Made by a program: the position numbers and the translations under genes. From Camelus dromedarius (lineage: Eukaryota), in the NCBI RefSeq assembly GCF_036321535.1, contig NC_087454.1, positions 20,088,001 to 20,152,000 on the forward strand: a stretch of 64,000 nt of DNA, given 5' to 3'. Positions within the stretch are counted from its first letter, which is position 1. Each line of letters begins with the position of its first letter. This document shows positions 40,200 to 53,123 of the stretch, one piece after another. The notes under the pieces were generated by a model that ran no database searches, was not told where the DNA came from, and saw only the letters and a program-made list of their open reading frames with translations.

Positions 40200-40560
40200 A
40201 GGTTGGAGGGTTCCTCGGAGCTCTCGGTCGAGAGGCAAAGCGCGGGCCTGCGTAGGGAGCCAGGCATCCGGGCGCTGCAGCCCCTCCCGGACCCAGCGTC
40301 GGGGCCGCGGCCTCGCGGAGCCGCCCGGAGCCAGCCGCAGAGCCCGGAAGCAGCAGCACAGGGACTACAGGGACAGACGGGGGCGGAGCCCGAAGCTCAC
40401 GGGGAGGACCCTGCCGACCGACCGCCCCCCGCGCCCCCGCGCCGCTTGTGCGCGCCGTCAGAGCGCACCAGGCCGTAACACGGCGCGGAGCCGAGGTCGC
40501 TGGGGGCCAGTAAATCCAGCCTTCCATTTTCGTCGCCCAGAGGTCCCGGGACCACCAGTG
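40200..40560. promoter_or_regulatory. C6orf47: CpG island upstream of C6orf47
   Basis: Dense CpG/GC-box stretch about 0.7 kb upstream of the C6orf47 ATG. Confidence 0.6.
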
Positions 40561-41249
40561 TCCCCTAAACTCGCCCACTCCCATTAGTCTCCTGCCTTTG
40601 AGTTCTTCCCCGTATCCCCCACCATTCCTTCTCTTAAAGTCCAAGATTTCATTAAAGGATTTTCTGGAAAAGAAAGCTATGAGAGAAGGCTTGGGACTTG
40701 AGTAGCCCTCCGCCCATCCATGCATATTTACCTCCTAGATTTGACAACAGCGAGGTCTTCTTTTGCCTGGCACCTGGTATGAGCAGCATAAGGGAGGAGG
40801 GAGAGAGGGAAATTTGGGAAAGACAAGTATAGACAAATAGGATGTACTTCCAGCCCTCAGTTTTCAGGTAGCAGAATGAAGAATCTTGGCTTAAAATGCA
40901 GATCTGGAAGGCCAGAATTCTGATCCCAGTTCAGCAATAGCTTACAGACTTCATAATCAGGCCCTCCTATCACACTGGCCTCTTCCTCCAAGACCCTACC
41001 CACTCTCATCATCTTTGAGCCTTCTCTGACTTCTACCACCGTGCATTGTATTTTATCACATACAGTCTCCTCCTCCAGCTGTGAGCAACCCCAAGACTGG
41101 GAGTATCTTTCATTCCTACTTTTAGTGCATAGCACATGAACTTCTATGTGAAATCAGTGATTGAATTGGCTAGAGTGGTCAGATGATTTCTGGGGGAGGC
41201 TAGACTTGCACAGAGATGGGTAATTGCTGGTTCAGGGATTGAAAGAATA

Positions 41250-41436
41250 GGTGGTGACACAACATTGTAAACTGACTATACGTCAATAAAAATATATTTA
41301 AAACAAAGGAAAGGAAAGGAAGAAAAAGGAAAGAAAGGAAGAAAGAAAAGGAAGGAAGAAGGAAGAAGAAAGAAAAAAGAAAAAGAACGAAAAAGAAAGG
41401 GAGAGGAGAGGAAGGGAACGGAAAGGAAAGGAAAAG
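41250..41436 (+). repeat. Short L1 3' end followed by a purine (GA/AAAG) low-complexity tail
   Basis: aacattgtaaactgactatacgtcaataaaaa, then about 130 nt of almost only A/G. Confidence 0.75.
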
Positions 41437-41764
41437 GTGGGTCCCTCAAGGCAGTGGCTGGGACTAGAAGTGAACCAGACTAGCAGGAAGGTGACCCTAT
41501 CATGCCACCTAGAGGAGCTGCCTCTTCTAGCTCACGTATGTGGTCCCTAGCCTTGTTTGGCTTCCCTGCAACAGCTTCCAGAAAAGTGAATAAAACACCA
41601 AAGAGGAAAAAAAATTTTATTTTTTAACTCTCAGCCTCTCTCTCCCAAAGGCAGAGCCCACTGTTCAAAACCTGAGGGTCTGGGACCTGAGCAGACCTCA
41701 GGAAGTAGAAGCCAAAGTGCCCAGGCCAGAGGCTCAAGCAGACCAGGGTCAGACCTTGCCAAGG

Positions 41765-43571
41765 TCAGAACTCAAGATTCATGTATGTCCTCAAATCCCG
41801 CTCCCAGGCCCTGTCCTTCTCCTCCTGCCTTCTCTCCCTCTTCTGGCTCATTGTGGTCACCCGAGGGGTTCTCTCCCTCCCAGCCACTGCCCGGGTATCC
41901 CGAGCTGGGAAATGTGTAACTCGGGGTTGGGGTGCTGATCTGTAGCCTAATCCTTCCTGGTCCCTCTTGAGGACAGTGGGGATGGGGTTGGCACGGCCCT
42001 CACCCCGGGGCCCCAGCCCCATTCCAGGCTCCCAGCCCCCCTTCAGCAGCAGCCTGAAGCCTGGACTGGAGGTAGGCACCCCAAGGGGCTGGCTGGGGGG
42101 CCGGAGATCCTGGGACAGTGACAGCAGGTGAGCAGTGGATGTACGGTGGTTAGAGTCTCGGAAGTGGGCACCACAGGTCTCACAGTACTGGGGGGAGGGG
42201 GACTGGGACCTGTAGAGAAAGAGAAGAAAGGGTTTAGGACAGCACAAAGGTTGAGGCCTCGGGGGGTGGGGTGGGTGGCAGAATGGGACAGGGTCCTTCC
42301 AGTGTTTCTGCTGAGGAACAAATTGCTTTCCTCCCCACTTAGCAATGAGGGACTCAGAGGAGCACAGTTGGGAGAAGAGATGGTAATCAGGCCTCACAAG
42401 GCTCCCAGGCAAGGGAAAAATAAAATTGACCACAGCTAATGTAGTCATATAGTGCTTACTACGCAACCAGCACTGTTCTGTGACTTTACATATATTAACC
42501 CATTTAATCCTCAAGACCCTATTGAGAAAGGTACTCTTATTTCCCCCATTTCTCAGATGAGGAAACAGGCACATAGATATTAGGGTGCCCATCTAAGTAC
42601 AGGATTTAAATCTAGGGAGCTTGTACAACACAGGGGATATGGCAAATATTTTGACTATAAATGGAGTATAACCTTTAAAAGTTATGAATCATTACATTGT
42701 ATACCTGTAACTTATGTAATATTATGCCTGAACTATAGTTCAATTAAAAAATTGAAAAATAAAAAGTGGAAAAGATTTTAAAATATTTAAAAAATAAACT
42801 CAGGGAACTCATGTTTATAAGCACTCTACTACACTGCCTTATCAGCCTACACAGGGGGGCAGGGGAGAGAACCCTTCAGCTCTGTTCTGGGGCCTCTGGT
42901 GGGGAGTGGCTAGGAAGGGCAGAATACAGTGAAAGATGGGTGTGGGCTAAGGCTTCCCCTCACCAATTCTCTTGACTCCTCGTCTCTCCAGGGCTCTCTC
43001 TGACCATGCGGGCCACCTCAGGAAAGCCCGCTTCTTCTGCCAATTGAGCAGCATCCCTGCCACTCAGCTCACAGACCCCAACCCAGGCAGCCCCACGGTT
43101 CAGGAGATAGCGCACAGCTGCCTCCTGGCCGGCCCGGGCAGCACACATTAGCGGGGTCCACCAGAAGGCATCTCGAGCGTTGATATTCCCCCCAGCTCCC
43201 CCTGCCTCATGGGGATCCAACAGTCTTTTTAGTTTTGCCAGGTCCCCCTCCTGGGCTGCCCTCAGTATCCGCTGGGTCATCTTGTCTTCTGCCTCCAGGG
43301 ATCTCCTTTGTCCATGTCCTCCTGATGTTCCTGCTGCAGCCTCCCTCATTGTTCTTTTCTTCCTCTTTCTCTTACTGGCAGGCTCAGGATGAGATCTCTG
43401 GGGTTCCAGGGTGCTGCTCTCATCCCCAATTAAGGCCTCGTAGAAAGCCCGGGTTGCAGCTCCATCAAGGGTGGGCTCCAGCTCTTCAGGCTGTGATTGC
43501 AGCTGCCCATCTTTCCAGAGGTCACTGGGGTCAGTGGCTGGGGTAAAGTTAATGAGGGAGGACCTGGACAT
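41765..43571 (-). CDS. GPANK1: G-patch domain and ankyrin repeats 1 (BAT4), 350 aa
   Basis: Exons 43571-42964 and 42209-41765 (1053 nt). [23 protein letters not shown]; ankyrin [20 protein letters not shown]; G-patch [28 protein letters not shown] on - at 41616-41621. Confidence 0.96.
42450..42590 (-). mobile_element. MIR SINE in GPANK1 intron
   Basis: cccatttctcagatgaggaaacaggcaca, the MIR core reversed. Confidence 0.75.
42635..42765 (+). mobile_element. L1 3' end fragment
   Basis: aactataaatggagtataacctttaaaagttatgaatcattacattgtatacctg ... ttcaattaaaaaa. Confidence 0.6.
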
Positions 43572-43999
43572 GGCTTTTGGGAGAGCTAGGAAAATGAGAC
43601 TGGGCAAGGGGAGGATGAGACAAGGAAGCCAAGCCTTTGGTGGTCCTGCAGTGACCAGAGCCACCTCCAGACACCTGCTGGGATAAGGAAAAGTATCCTT
43701 AAGAGTCAAAAATCCCCTCATACCCCAAATGTAACCCCACAACCCAGGACTCTGCAGGGCCTGAGGGTCATAGATCTTGTGGAAAAACTGGAAACCCAAC
43801 AGTAACAGACCATGTCCCTTAGTAAAGGTTAACAAAGAAGACTCTGTAAGACAGTTGCCCAGAGCTTTTGGACTCCGCCCCCACTCCAATTCTCACCGCC
43901 AATAAATTCTGAAACTACTTTACCACCGCACAAGACATACCATTAAGAAAAACAGCCTGGCTGTTTAAATCTCCCTTGATCCTATTTCGGGGTAACGTC

Positions 44000-45750
44000 T
44001 TCCCAAATCAAAACAGACTTCTCCGGAAGCAGGAAGCAGATATCGAGGAGAGGTTCCAGTCTGCGTTGCTTTGTAGTTTCCGTACTGCAAAATGGTGCTA
44101 CTCCAAGCTAAGAAGTCCACAAGTGGCCACATGACACAATCACGCATGCGTGGCTGGGGAAAAACAACAACAACAACAACAAAACACCAAAACATTACTG
44201 AGGGCGCAGGCATGCGCAAGCGCTGGGGTGTTTCCCGCCCTGGAATCTTTCCAATAGCATACGCGAAAAGCGCCACGTGCCCAGGCAGCGCGAGGACCAA
44301 GAAGGATCCGTCGGTTGGGGCAGAGGGGTCCTGCTTTTACATAACGCCCCCACAATGCCCTTCGCCTCCCTCAACGTGGCCCCTGCTACAAGCTCATTTT
44401 CTGGACCTGGGAAACCACTCTCGCGGTTAAAAAAGGCCCCAAGGAGGCGGAGAATGCCCAGAAGCCGTGAAATGAAATAACATTACGCAGCCCCTCACCA
44501 TTACTCTGACCAGGGTTCGAAGGTCACACTTAGCGCCCGCAGCAGAACGCTCTGTTCAAGCCCCAAGAGGAAATGGAGAAGTGCAAGGGGACGAGCAGCA
44601 GAATGGCTGGCGCCACCTCAGGTTAGCGCACCGGGACGTCCCGGTTCTCACACCGCTCAGCTCAACCCAGTACACCCTACCCAAGTCCCTCAACACGGAA
44701 TCCAGCCTCACCTCCCACCTCAGGAGGCCGAACCCCGGGGTGAAACATGGGCCTCGTCAGGGGTCTCTACTGGCAGGCTGACTCGGGCAAGGGGCTCGAC
44801 AGGCGATAAGGAACCGGCTGGTTGGCAAGGGATGAGGTCGATGCCCTCAGTAGCAGGATCGCGTCGGGACCTGAGGCATGCTGTATTAGGGGAACGGCTG
44901 GAAACGATTCAGCCAGCCTCGTTCCTTTCCCCGCCCCCTCTCGGCTCCAGGGTCCGAGGATCACAGGGCTGTTATTTCTCAGGCTCCCCGGTCCAGAACA
45001 CGCTACTGAGCTTCCGCTTCCGGTGGCGACTCCTAGAGCCTCTCTGCGCCCCGCCCCCGAGCGTGTCCCTCAGGGGCCTCGCGACACCAGGGTCGTGCGC
45101 GGGTTATCCTGGGGTTCGTAGTTCGTCTTTCTCTAGTTTCGCCAGTTTCTCCCCACCGGGGACTCCATCTCCCGGCGTCCACGGCGGCTCCCGACTCTAG
45201 GCGCTTGCGCGTTGCCCTCTTCCCCACCCCACCCCCAGTTTCCACTCCCCCCACCCCACTTCGCCTGCCGCGGTTGGGTCCGCGGCCTGCGTTGTAGCGG
45301 TCGCCGCGGTTCCTTGGAAGTAGAAACTCCCCTCCCCTCCCCGCCCCCCGGTCCCGGTCCCCGTTCAGCCGGTGAGTCTGGGGTCGTCGCCGCTCGGTGT
45401 CTCCTGTCCCTGGGCGCGGCACATGGGGTCTCGGCGCCTTGATGTGGGGGTGGGGAAGGAAGTGACCTGGTCCGGCACCGAGGGAGGGAGGGGTGGCCTG
45501 AAGTATGGAGGCGGGATGTGGGGACTCCTGTGAAAGGGACCTGACGGCCATTGCCAGGCCTTGAGAAGAGGAGGGGCCTAGCCCTTGTTTGGAAAGGATA
45601 AACTTTGAAACGCTTGGGAGTGGGGCCAGGGACACGGGGAGACCTGCGGGGGTAGGCAGCCTGAGCCGCGGGGCCCTGCCGGAGCTGACACAGAGGAGAC
45701 AGGCCTGGCCTTCGGGAGCGTCAGGGATGTGGGTAGGACTGGTGGCTGTC
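44000..45750. promoter_or_regulatory. CSNK2B: Bidirectional CpG-island promoter GPANK1/CSNK2B; CSNK2B non-coding exon 1 ends at 45371
   Basis: ETS sites 44023-44030 and 45010-45023; NRF1-like palindromes 44141-44152 and 44204-44218; donor cagccg|gtgagt at 45371/45372. Confidence 0.8.
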
Positions 45751-45980
45751 GGTTTCTTCCAAGTGGTAGGACCCTAAAGAATTCCTTAATCTCAGTGAGA
45801 GAAAATTGCCTGAGGTGTGAATAAGACGATGTACAGAGACGTGCTGCAGCCTGGGATCCTTTAAAAAAGGGTGGCCCCAAATTCTTCCGCGGTTGGAGAG
45901 CAAAGTGTGGGAGGAGGGAGGATACCAGAGGCAGGAAGGGAGATCTTAGGTTTACACTTCTTTTTCTAGCTGACGTGAAG

Positions 45981-48900
45981 ATGAGCAGCTCAGAGGAGGT
46001 GTCCTGGATTTCCTGGTTCTGTGGGCTCCGTGGCAATGAATTCTTCTGTGAAGTGAGTTCTCCTCAATCTTCCTATCCATCTCCACGTATAATCTGGCCA
46101 GATATTCTCCCATTTATTCAGTTTCCACACACTTCTCTCACATGCTTCTATAGAAACTTTCTTGTTAAGGAAGAGTCTCCTCAGTAACCCCCTCGCTAAC
46201 TTGTGGTGAATGGGCAAGACTGGGGCCTCAAGTCAACCCTGCCATACTCCAGCAGTATAATGTTGGCCATGTCAACCCGTGTGTTTTCTTTTTTATGTGG
46301 TACTAGTAGAACCTGTCTTTGGAGAAATAAAATACTGCATGTTAAAATGCTTGGTAACATGTAAAGCTGTGTGTTAACATAAGGGATTGTAATTGCCTTC
46401 AGAACCCAAGCTGTTCAGCCTCCACCTTCCTCAGAGAGCCAGCTGCCCCTAAGAGGAGGCCAAAACTGAGACCTGGAGATGGGGAGCAGGAAGAGGGACA
46501 GGGGTCTTGAAAGGAATGTCTCTCTAAGGAGGGGATTGCTGTACCTGTTTATCCTTAGAAAAGAAAAGCCAAAGGTTTTATGGGTGGTATACGTGGACTG
46601 GGGATGGAGACTCAGGTGCTTCTGCTGAGTTGGGAGTGGTGATCAAAGGGAACAGGAGCAGTTGTGTTGAGGATAAGGCATCAGTTAGGGCAACTTGCCT
46701 AGGTCAAAGCTGAGGATTCTGCTGTGGGTTCCTCTTGACTTCCATGTCCTGACAGGTGGATGAAGACTACATCCAGGACAAATTCAATCTCACTGGACTC
46801 AATGAGCAGGTGCCTCACTATCGTCAAGCTCTAGACATGATCTTGGACCTGGAGCCTGGTGAGATACCCTCAGGGTTGTTTTGTGTGTCTATGCTTCTTT
46901 TCCTCTTCAAATTCTGTTTACCTGCTTCTTGAATTTCTAAATTTCCTTTTGGTTCTCTGATCCGATTAACCCCAAATTCTCTACTTCCATTTTGATTCCC
47001 CACTTGATTGTTGAGTGTTATGACTTATACCACTTGTTCCCACACTCTGATCCTATAACTCAGCTCTCTTCTATAATACCAGTTTCCCCATGGGTCTGAT
47101 TTTCTGTTTCTCCTGGCTGGCACCTTTCAGTCTAGAGTCTATCTTTTGTGTTGACATCTTTGTATTTATGTGTTGAGAAGGGAGTTGTGAGGGAGAGAAG
47201 GGAGCAGAAGCTGAGAGGGGCGGAGAGAAGGCACAGTTGCCTTGGGTGGGTGGAAGGGTCAGAGGCCCAGGTTTCTGGGTCAAATGCCTGGGCTGTGGGT
47301 GGGTGAGGCTCTGAGTTGGATGCTGGGCTAACTGAGTAGCCAGCAGCCCCTGGGGGTGGGCAGAGCACCTAAAAAAGCTGTCAGACAAGTGGTTGCATTC
47401 AGCCTGGGCCATATTGCAGATGAGGAGCTGGAAGACAACCCCAACCAGAGCGACCTGATTGAGCAGGCAGCCGAAATGCTCTATGGATTGATCCACGCCC
47501 GCTACATCCTCACCAACCGTGGCATCGCCCAGATGGTGAGGCCTCTCTACTCCCACTTGACTCCTTCAGAGGCAACAAGGGAAACAGATTCCTGCAGCAA
47601 GAAGTCACTTGTTTCAGCCTTGTCAAGGAATCTAGCTGAGAAGAGAGAAAGAACCCCTGGGCCTGGGGGTTAAAACCTGATTGAGGGTTGTGCTGAAGGG
47701 GGTGTTTACAGGGAGGGAGATGTGACCTCGGGCAGGAAATTGTAGACTGCCTCTTCCTCAGGGAACAAGCAGCGAATGGCTCTGATGGTCTGCAGCCTGT
47801 GTAACTGGAGGAAAGGAAGCAGAGGAGTCCAAGGGCCAATCTGAGCCACAGAAGGGGCCTCTGGACAGAGAGAGGCAGGAGGAGTTGGGGACAGAGTGAT
47901 TTGGGTTGGGCCAAGGAGGGGAATTGCCTCTTCACTTCGCACCTACCCACCAACCCCTTCCATTTTATTCACTTCAGTTGGAAAAGTACCAGCAGGGAGA
48001 CTTTGGCTACTGTCCCCGTGTGTACTGTGAGAACCAGCCAATGCTTCCCATCGGTGAGTGTTGGAAAAGGGAAAGGAGGGCTGTGTAAAATGGCAGGTCC
48101 ACTGGGAAGGAGCTGGGGCTCAGCAAGTTGGGGCTGAGTCCGGGAGGGAGGTTGGGCAGGCTTGGGGTTGCCTGGCCTGCTGAGTCTGGCTGTCTCCCAG
48201 GCCTTTCGGACATCCCAGGTGAGGCCATGGTGAAGCTCTACTGCCCCAAGTGCATGGACGTGTACACACCCAAGTCATCGAGGCACCACCACACGGACGG
48301 CGCCTACTTCGGCACCGGTTTCCCTCACATGCTCTTCATGGTGCACCCCGAGTACCGGCCCAAGCGGCCCGCCAACCAGTTTGTGCCCAGGTGGGGAGTA
48401 GGGACAGAGTCACCAAGGGTCAAAAGCAAGGCCCAGGAGCCCCCAGAAAGAAGGGTGAACAAGTACAGGGCATGGTCCTTTCTTGAGGCCTACTTCTCCC
48501 AGAGCCATGGCTTTTCCCTGCTGAGTGACCATGGGAAAGTTGTTTGATTACCTATGTCTCAGTCCCCTTATCCATAAAATGGGGATGATGGCAATACCTG
48601 CCCAACAGCATATTTTTAAATGTGTGAATTGCTTAGAGTAATGTTTGGCAGTTGAAAAGCCGTCCTTGTCGCCATCTGCCCTCAACCTGCCAGGAAATCC
48701 TCAGAGCCACGGTTCAAGTGTGGTTTATCTTCCTGGAGCATCATTTTTACTCTGGTGTAGAGAAGGGAAGTCCAGGTTTGAAAGCTGAATAGTATTGAAA
48801 TAGTTTTGAAACAAGTACTGACGTGTACACATAGACACATACGTAGACATGTGTGCATACACACACCTATGTATGTATACTGAGTTTTAACAGATATTTA

Positions 48901-49155
48901 AAGCACATTTTCAATATTCTTGAGGGAAGAAGTTTGGGAACCACTGCCCTTAAGCGCTGAGCAGGCCCATAAAGGAGCTGGGATAGGGAGGCGGGAAGGC
49001 AGGCCATTGACAGGGCCAAGATGGGGCTCACCCTGCTGCCTCTCTGACCTCTGCCCCAAACCAGGCTCTACGGTTTCAAGATTCATCCGATGGCCTACCA
49101 GCTGCAGCTCCAAGCCGCCAGCAACTTCAAGAGCCCAGTCAAGACGATTCGCTGA
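45981..49155 (+). CDS. CSNK2B: Casein kinase II subunit beta, 215 aa
   Basis: Exons 45981-46052, 46756-46858, 47420-47535, 47978-48053, 48201-48390, 49065-49155 (648 nt). [24 protein letters not shown]...[10 protein letters not shown]; zinc ribbon CPRVYC / CPKC. AATAAA at 49276-49281. Confidence 0.99.
48515..48660 (+). mobile_element. MIR SINE in CSNK2B intron 6
   Basis: ctcagtccccttatccataaaatggggatgatg, MIR core. Confidence 0.6.
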
Positions 49156-50159
49156 TTCCCCACCCTACCTGTCCCTCAGTCTTTGACACTTTCATTCCTT
49201 TGCTGCCACCCTTTCAGGAACCCTCTTTGGTTTTTAGTTTAAATTAAAGGAGTCATTATTGTGGTGGGAATATGAAATAAAGTGGAAGAAAAGGCCATGG
49301 GCTGGTCTGCTGGTGCTTGGGGTTGGGAAAGGGAGGGTGATGGTGTGCTGGACCCCAGGAGCCCTCCTGGCCAAGCTCACCCTCCTCAAATTGAAAACCA
49401 GCACAGATTTGTGCCCAGTGGATTTGGATGATGTTTTTAGTAGTAGAGCAAAGTTCCTAGGACTGGGTGTGGGGATGTGCAAAGATCACAAGGGAAAGAC
49501 TCAGAAAAGTCAGATTTCAAAGGCTAGAGAGATAATTTGTTCTTTTTGGGTCACCTATGGCTGTCTGTTTATACTCTAAGGGATGTAATCAACACTTTCA
49601 GTTTGGGTTTTACAGGGAAAGTGGTTTCCCAAAACAAGACAACTGTAGGGGGTGGGGAGAGGAGGGACAGGTCCATAATTGCTGCTTTGTGGTGTCTATG
49701 CGCCCTCTACTGGGAGAGCTGAGACCTGCTCATCTCAGAAGGATGGGGTCACTGTGTCCAAAGTTTCTCCCAGCGCAATAGGGACTGGCTCTGTTGTGTA
49801 GAGAGGATAGCACATTGTGCCAGAGACAGAAACTAATCCATGCAGCCTTGAGGGGCGGGAGTAGATCTGTGAGGGGCAGGCAGGACAAAGGTAAACTGCT
49901 GGACTGGGGCCCAGGTATTGCCCCTGTCTGGGCGACTGCCCCTACATTCAGGAACCAGACCTTGTGGGTGAGGACATGCTGTCCCTCCTGCCAAGTTAAT
50001 AGCTTCCTCCTCCAGCCAGAATCCTGCCCCAGGCGGAAATAAAGCTCTGTACCTACGGTAGCTCCTGCCCAGATTCTGCTTTGTCAAAACCACCCTGCAG
50101 CTCAGGCTCAAGGGGTATGGTCACCCCTCATGGACTGCCCTTCTCCCCAGAATTCCATA

Positions 50160-51160
50160 ATGAAGGCCCATATGCTTGTAGGTGTGCTGGTCATGGTGGG
50201 ATTCACAGTGGGAAAGGGTAAGTGGGGCCCAGGGGCAGGGAGGGAGGAAAGATTAAGTCCAGGCAGAGGGGTGGGCTGTGGCACTGGATGTGCTGGCTCC
50301 CTGAAGGGCAGGGAATTTGGAGTGGGTCAACACCCCCATCCCTCCTGTCTGTTTCCCCAGCTCCTGTTCCTGAACTCCGGACCTGCCACCTCTGCCTCTT
50401 GGAAGATCCTTCTGTAGGATGCATTTCAGGCTCGGAGAAGTGCACTGTCAGCAGTGCATCCCCATGCATGGTGATCACCATCTATTATGGTGAGTCAAGT
50501 CCCAGGAAGGGGATACTAGCAGGACAGCCTATGGCTTAGTCTCATAGATGAGGGCTGCTTGGAGCCTGAGGTATAAGACAGGGAAGTGGAGGGGTCTGGG
50601 ATTCTGGGAGCCAGTTAAGCTAATTTTTCTGGCTCCTTCTAAAGGAGTCTGGGATAGGAATTGGGTCTGGGTGAGGGATGGAGAGAGCTTGTGAAAGAGG
50701 TGCCAGGTTTGGGGACTGTAGGAGGCAGCAGGAGTCATTAGCTGTCCCCTCCCCTTTAGAGACCAAGGTTCGCTTCTTCATCCGAGGCTGTGGACAGTAT
50801 AATTCTTACCGCTGCCAAGAAAAACGCTCCACCTACTTCCCAGAGTACTGGTACCAGGCTGAGTGCTGCCAGTACGACTACTGCAACTCCTGGTCCAGCC
50901 CCCAGGTCCAGGGCTCCCTGCCTGAGCCCACTGACGGGTCCCTGCCCCGGCCCCTGTCCAAGTCCCAGATCCAGTGGTTCTACCAGGCCCTGAACCTCTC
51001 ACTGCCCCTGCCCAGCTTCCATGCTGAGAAGAAGCCTGAAGGCCTGGACCCCCTGGCCGCCCCACCCCTGAACCTGAGCTTGTCCATTGCTGAGCTGCGC
51101 CGCATATACTTGTTCCTCAACAATTCAGGACTTTTGGTTCTTCCCCAGGCTGAGCCCTGA
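50160..51160 (+). CDS. LY6G5B: Lymphocyte antigen 6 family member G5B, 195 aa
   Basis: Exons 50160-50217, 50361-50489, 50760-51160. Signal peptide MKAHMLVGVLVMVGFTVG; LU domain ending CCQYDYCN; C-terminal extension. AATAAA at 51776-51781. Confidence 0.95.
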
Positions 51161-52299
51161 CATTTTACCCTTCCTGGATTCCACTCTAATCCGGCATCTC
51201 TCCCCTAACACCCCAGCATCCTTCACTGCCCTCTCAGAAGACCACATTCTCTGGTCTGTGAGTTCTCGGGCCTCTTTTCCTCTGTACTTCATGGCTGTTT
51301 TAGTTTAGTTTCCTCCCCAGAAAGCAGTTGGCACTGCACCCACTGCCCTTTGTCCGTTTAGAAAACAGTCTCAAAGGTGGGTAATGCCTAGGCTGCCCTA
51401 GGAAAGGCACAGTGGTTTCCTCATCCCTTTCCCGTCATCCCCCCCCTCGGCTTCCTGATCCTCTCTCAGTCTGGTCACTTCCCACTTCCATTCTTACACT
51501 CTCTCTAAAACCTTGTGCCAGACTGGACTTGCATCAAGAAGGGTGAGGGATGGACTTCTGTGCAGATTTCCTGACTTGGTACTCTGGCGTTCCTACCTCA
51601 CTGTCTCCACCACCCTCACTCCCACCTGGTCTCCTACTGCTTTCTCTCATCTCATCTTCGTCTCTGGCTTCCTCAGCTCCACTTCACGCCACTGAGTCCT
51701 GGCACCCGCTTCCACAGGTTCCCGGAGAGGGGAGAGGCTCTGTCCTCTGCTCCACACTCCCCAGTTTCCCTCCACAATAAACAAACTGGGCTAAGTCTGT
51801 GTCACATGGTTTATGGGGTCAGGCTCAGGTGTGGGCAGGTGTAGACAGGTTAAAGAAAGTTAACTGGGTGTGGGGTTCCAACAGGGTTGCAGCACCCTGC
51901 CCACTCAACCATTGTGGCTTCCTCGTAGTCCGTCCCACACAGCCCTCATCCATTCCGCCCTCTGCTCAGCAAGAGATCAGAGTCCTTGTGACTCCTCCCA
52001 GCCTTAAACATACCCTACAAAACCTAGGTAGCTAAACCTGAGTGATGTCAGGTTTTTCCACCTAAGAAAAGAGGAAAAACTCAACCAGGGAAACTCAAGA
52101 GCAAACCATAGGGCCCAGGTCTGCATCTCAGAGTCACCCGGAGCTGAGGTTCCTGCGTTCCTGCCTATCCTCAGTTTTCAGGATCCTGGCACCTAGAACC
52201 TCCTCTGTGGGGAAGTACAGAGAGCACACAGGTGGGGTTGCAGTGGTAGAATCTTTCATTTTAATGTTTTGAAAAACTGTAAGCATGCAGAGGGCAATA

Positions 52300-52620
52300 A
52301 TGAATATTCATAACTGATCCTTTCCCATACATTCAATAAACACTGAACACACTGCTCTGAGCCAGGCCTGGTGTTAAGCACCAGGAGTTGAAGATGAGTA
52401 CATCCAGGCATCCACCCTTCTGAATTTTGTAACCCAGTTCTGGGATTATGAAACCTTTTTCTGAAAAGTAGTGCAGCTTTGTGGCTAGAAGGCCAAATCC
52501 CAGCTCCTCTGCTACTTGGGTAAGTTGGTCTCTGCTTCACTTGGGTCATTTGTCAAGTAGGGATAGTGCCTCATAAGATTGAGAGAATGAGTGTAAATAT
52601 GTGCACACAAATGGAAAGTA
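52300..52620. mobile_element. L2 3' end (-) followed by MIR (+)
   Basis: cattcaataaacactgaacac...ccaggcctggtgttaagcac; then caaatcccagctcctctgctacttgggtaagt. Confidence 0.55.
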
Positions 52621-53123
52621 GGGGCTCAGAAATAGACACATGCCTTAGAGACAAACATGCACACAGATTTTGGCCTATACAGTTTTAAACCTTTTTGGCC
52701 ATACAGAAGTTTGCACACCAAAAGATGGATTCTTGTAAAATACACACCTGTGTTACCACTCCCCAAGTTAGCATAAAGGCCTTTATCAGCACCCAAAGCT
52801 GCCTTCACACAGCTACCTCCTCAGCCCTCCCCGCCAGCTCTCAGGGGCAGCCACTGGCCTGAGTCGCACCGCCATGGATGAATTTTGTCTGTGTGCTGAA
52901 CAGAAGTGGTGTCACGCAGCATCTAAATTACACAACATTTTGCACATAAGTTAACAGGTCTTCGTGGCCCCTTTAACAGCCTGTGCTCTGGTGAGAGACA
53001 CCAATGTTTGTTTTTAGGTCAGGAAGCAGTTGGAGGTACAAAAAGAGGTACCAACCAGTTGTCCCCCTCTTGCTGGCCCACTTTTCCCCGTGACCTCTGA
53101 CTTCAAAATAAGACAAAGGCCCC

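Noticed and set aside
43572-43889. In-frame N-terminal extension of GPANK1 in ORF 42960..43889
   Set aside because: Crosses an acceptor (cagcag at 43675-43680 on -). The recalled orthologue start is the ATG at 43571.
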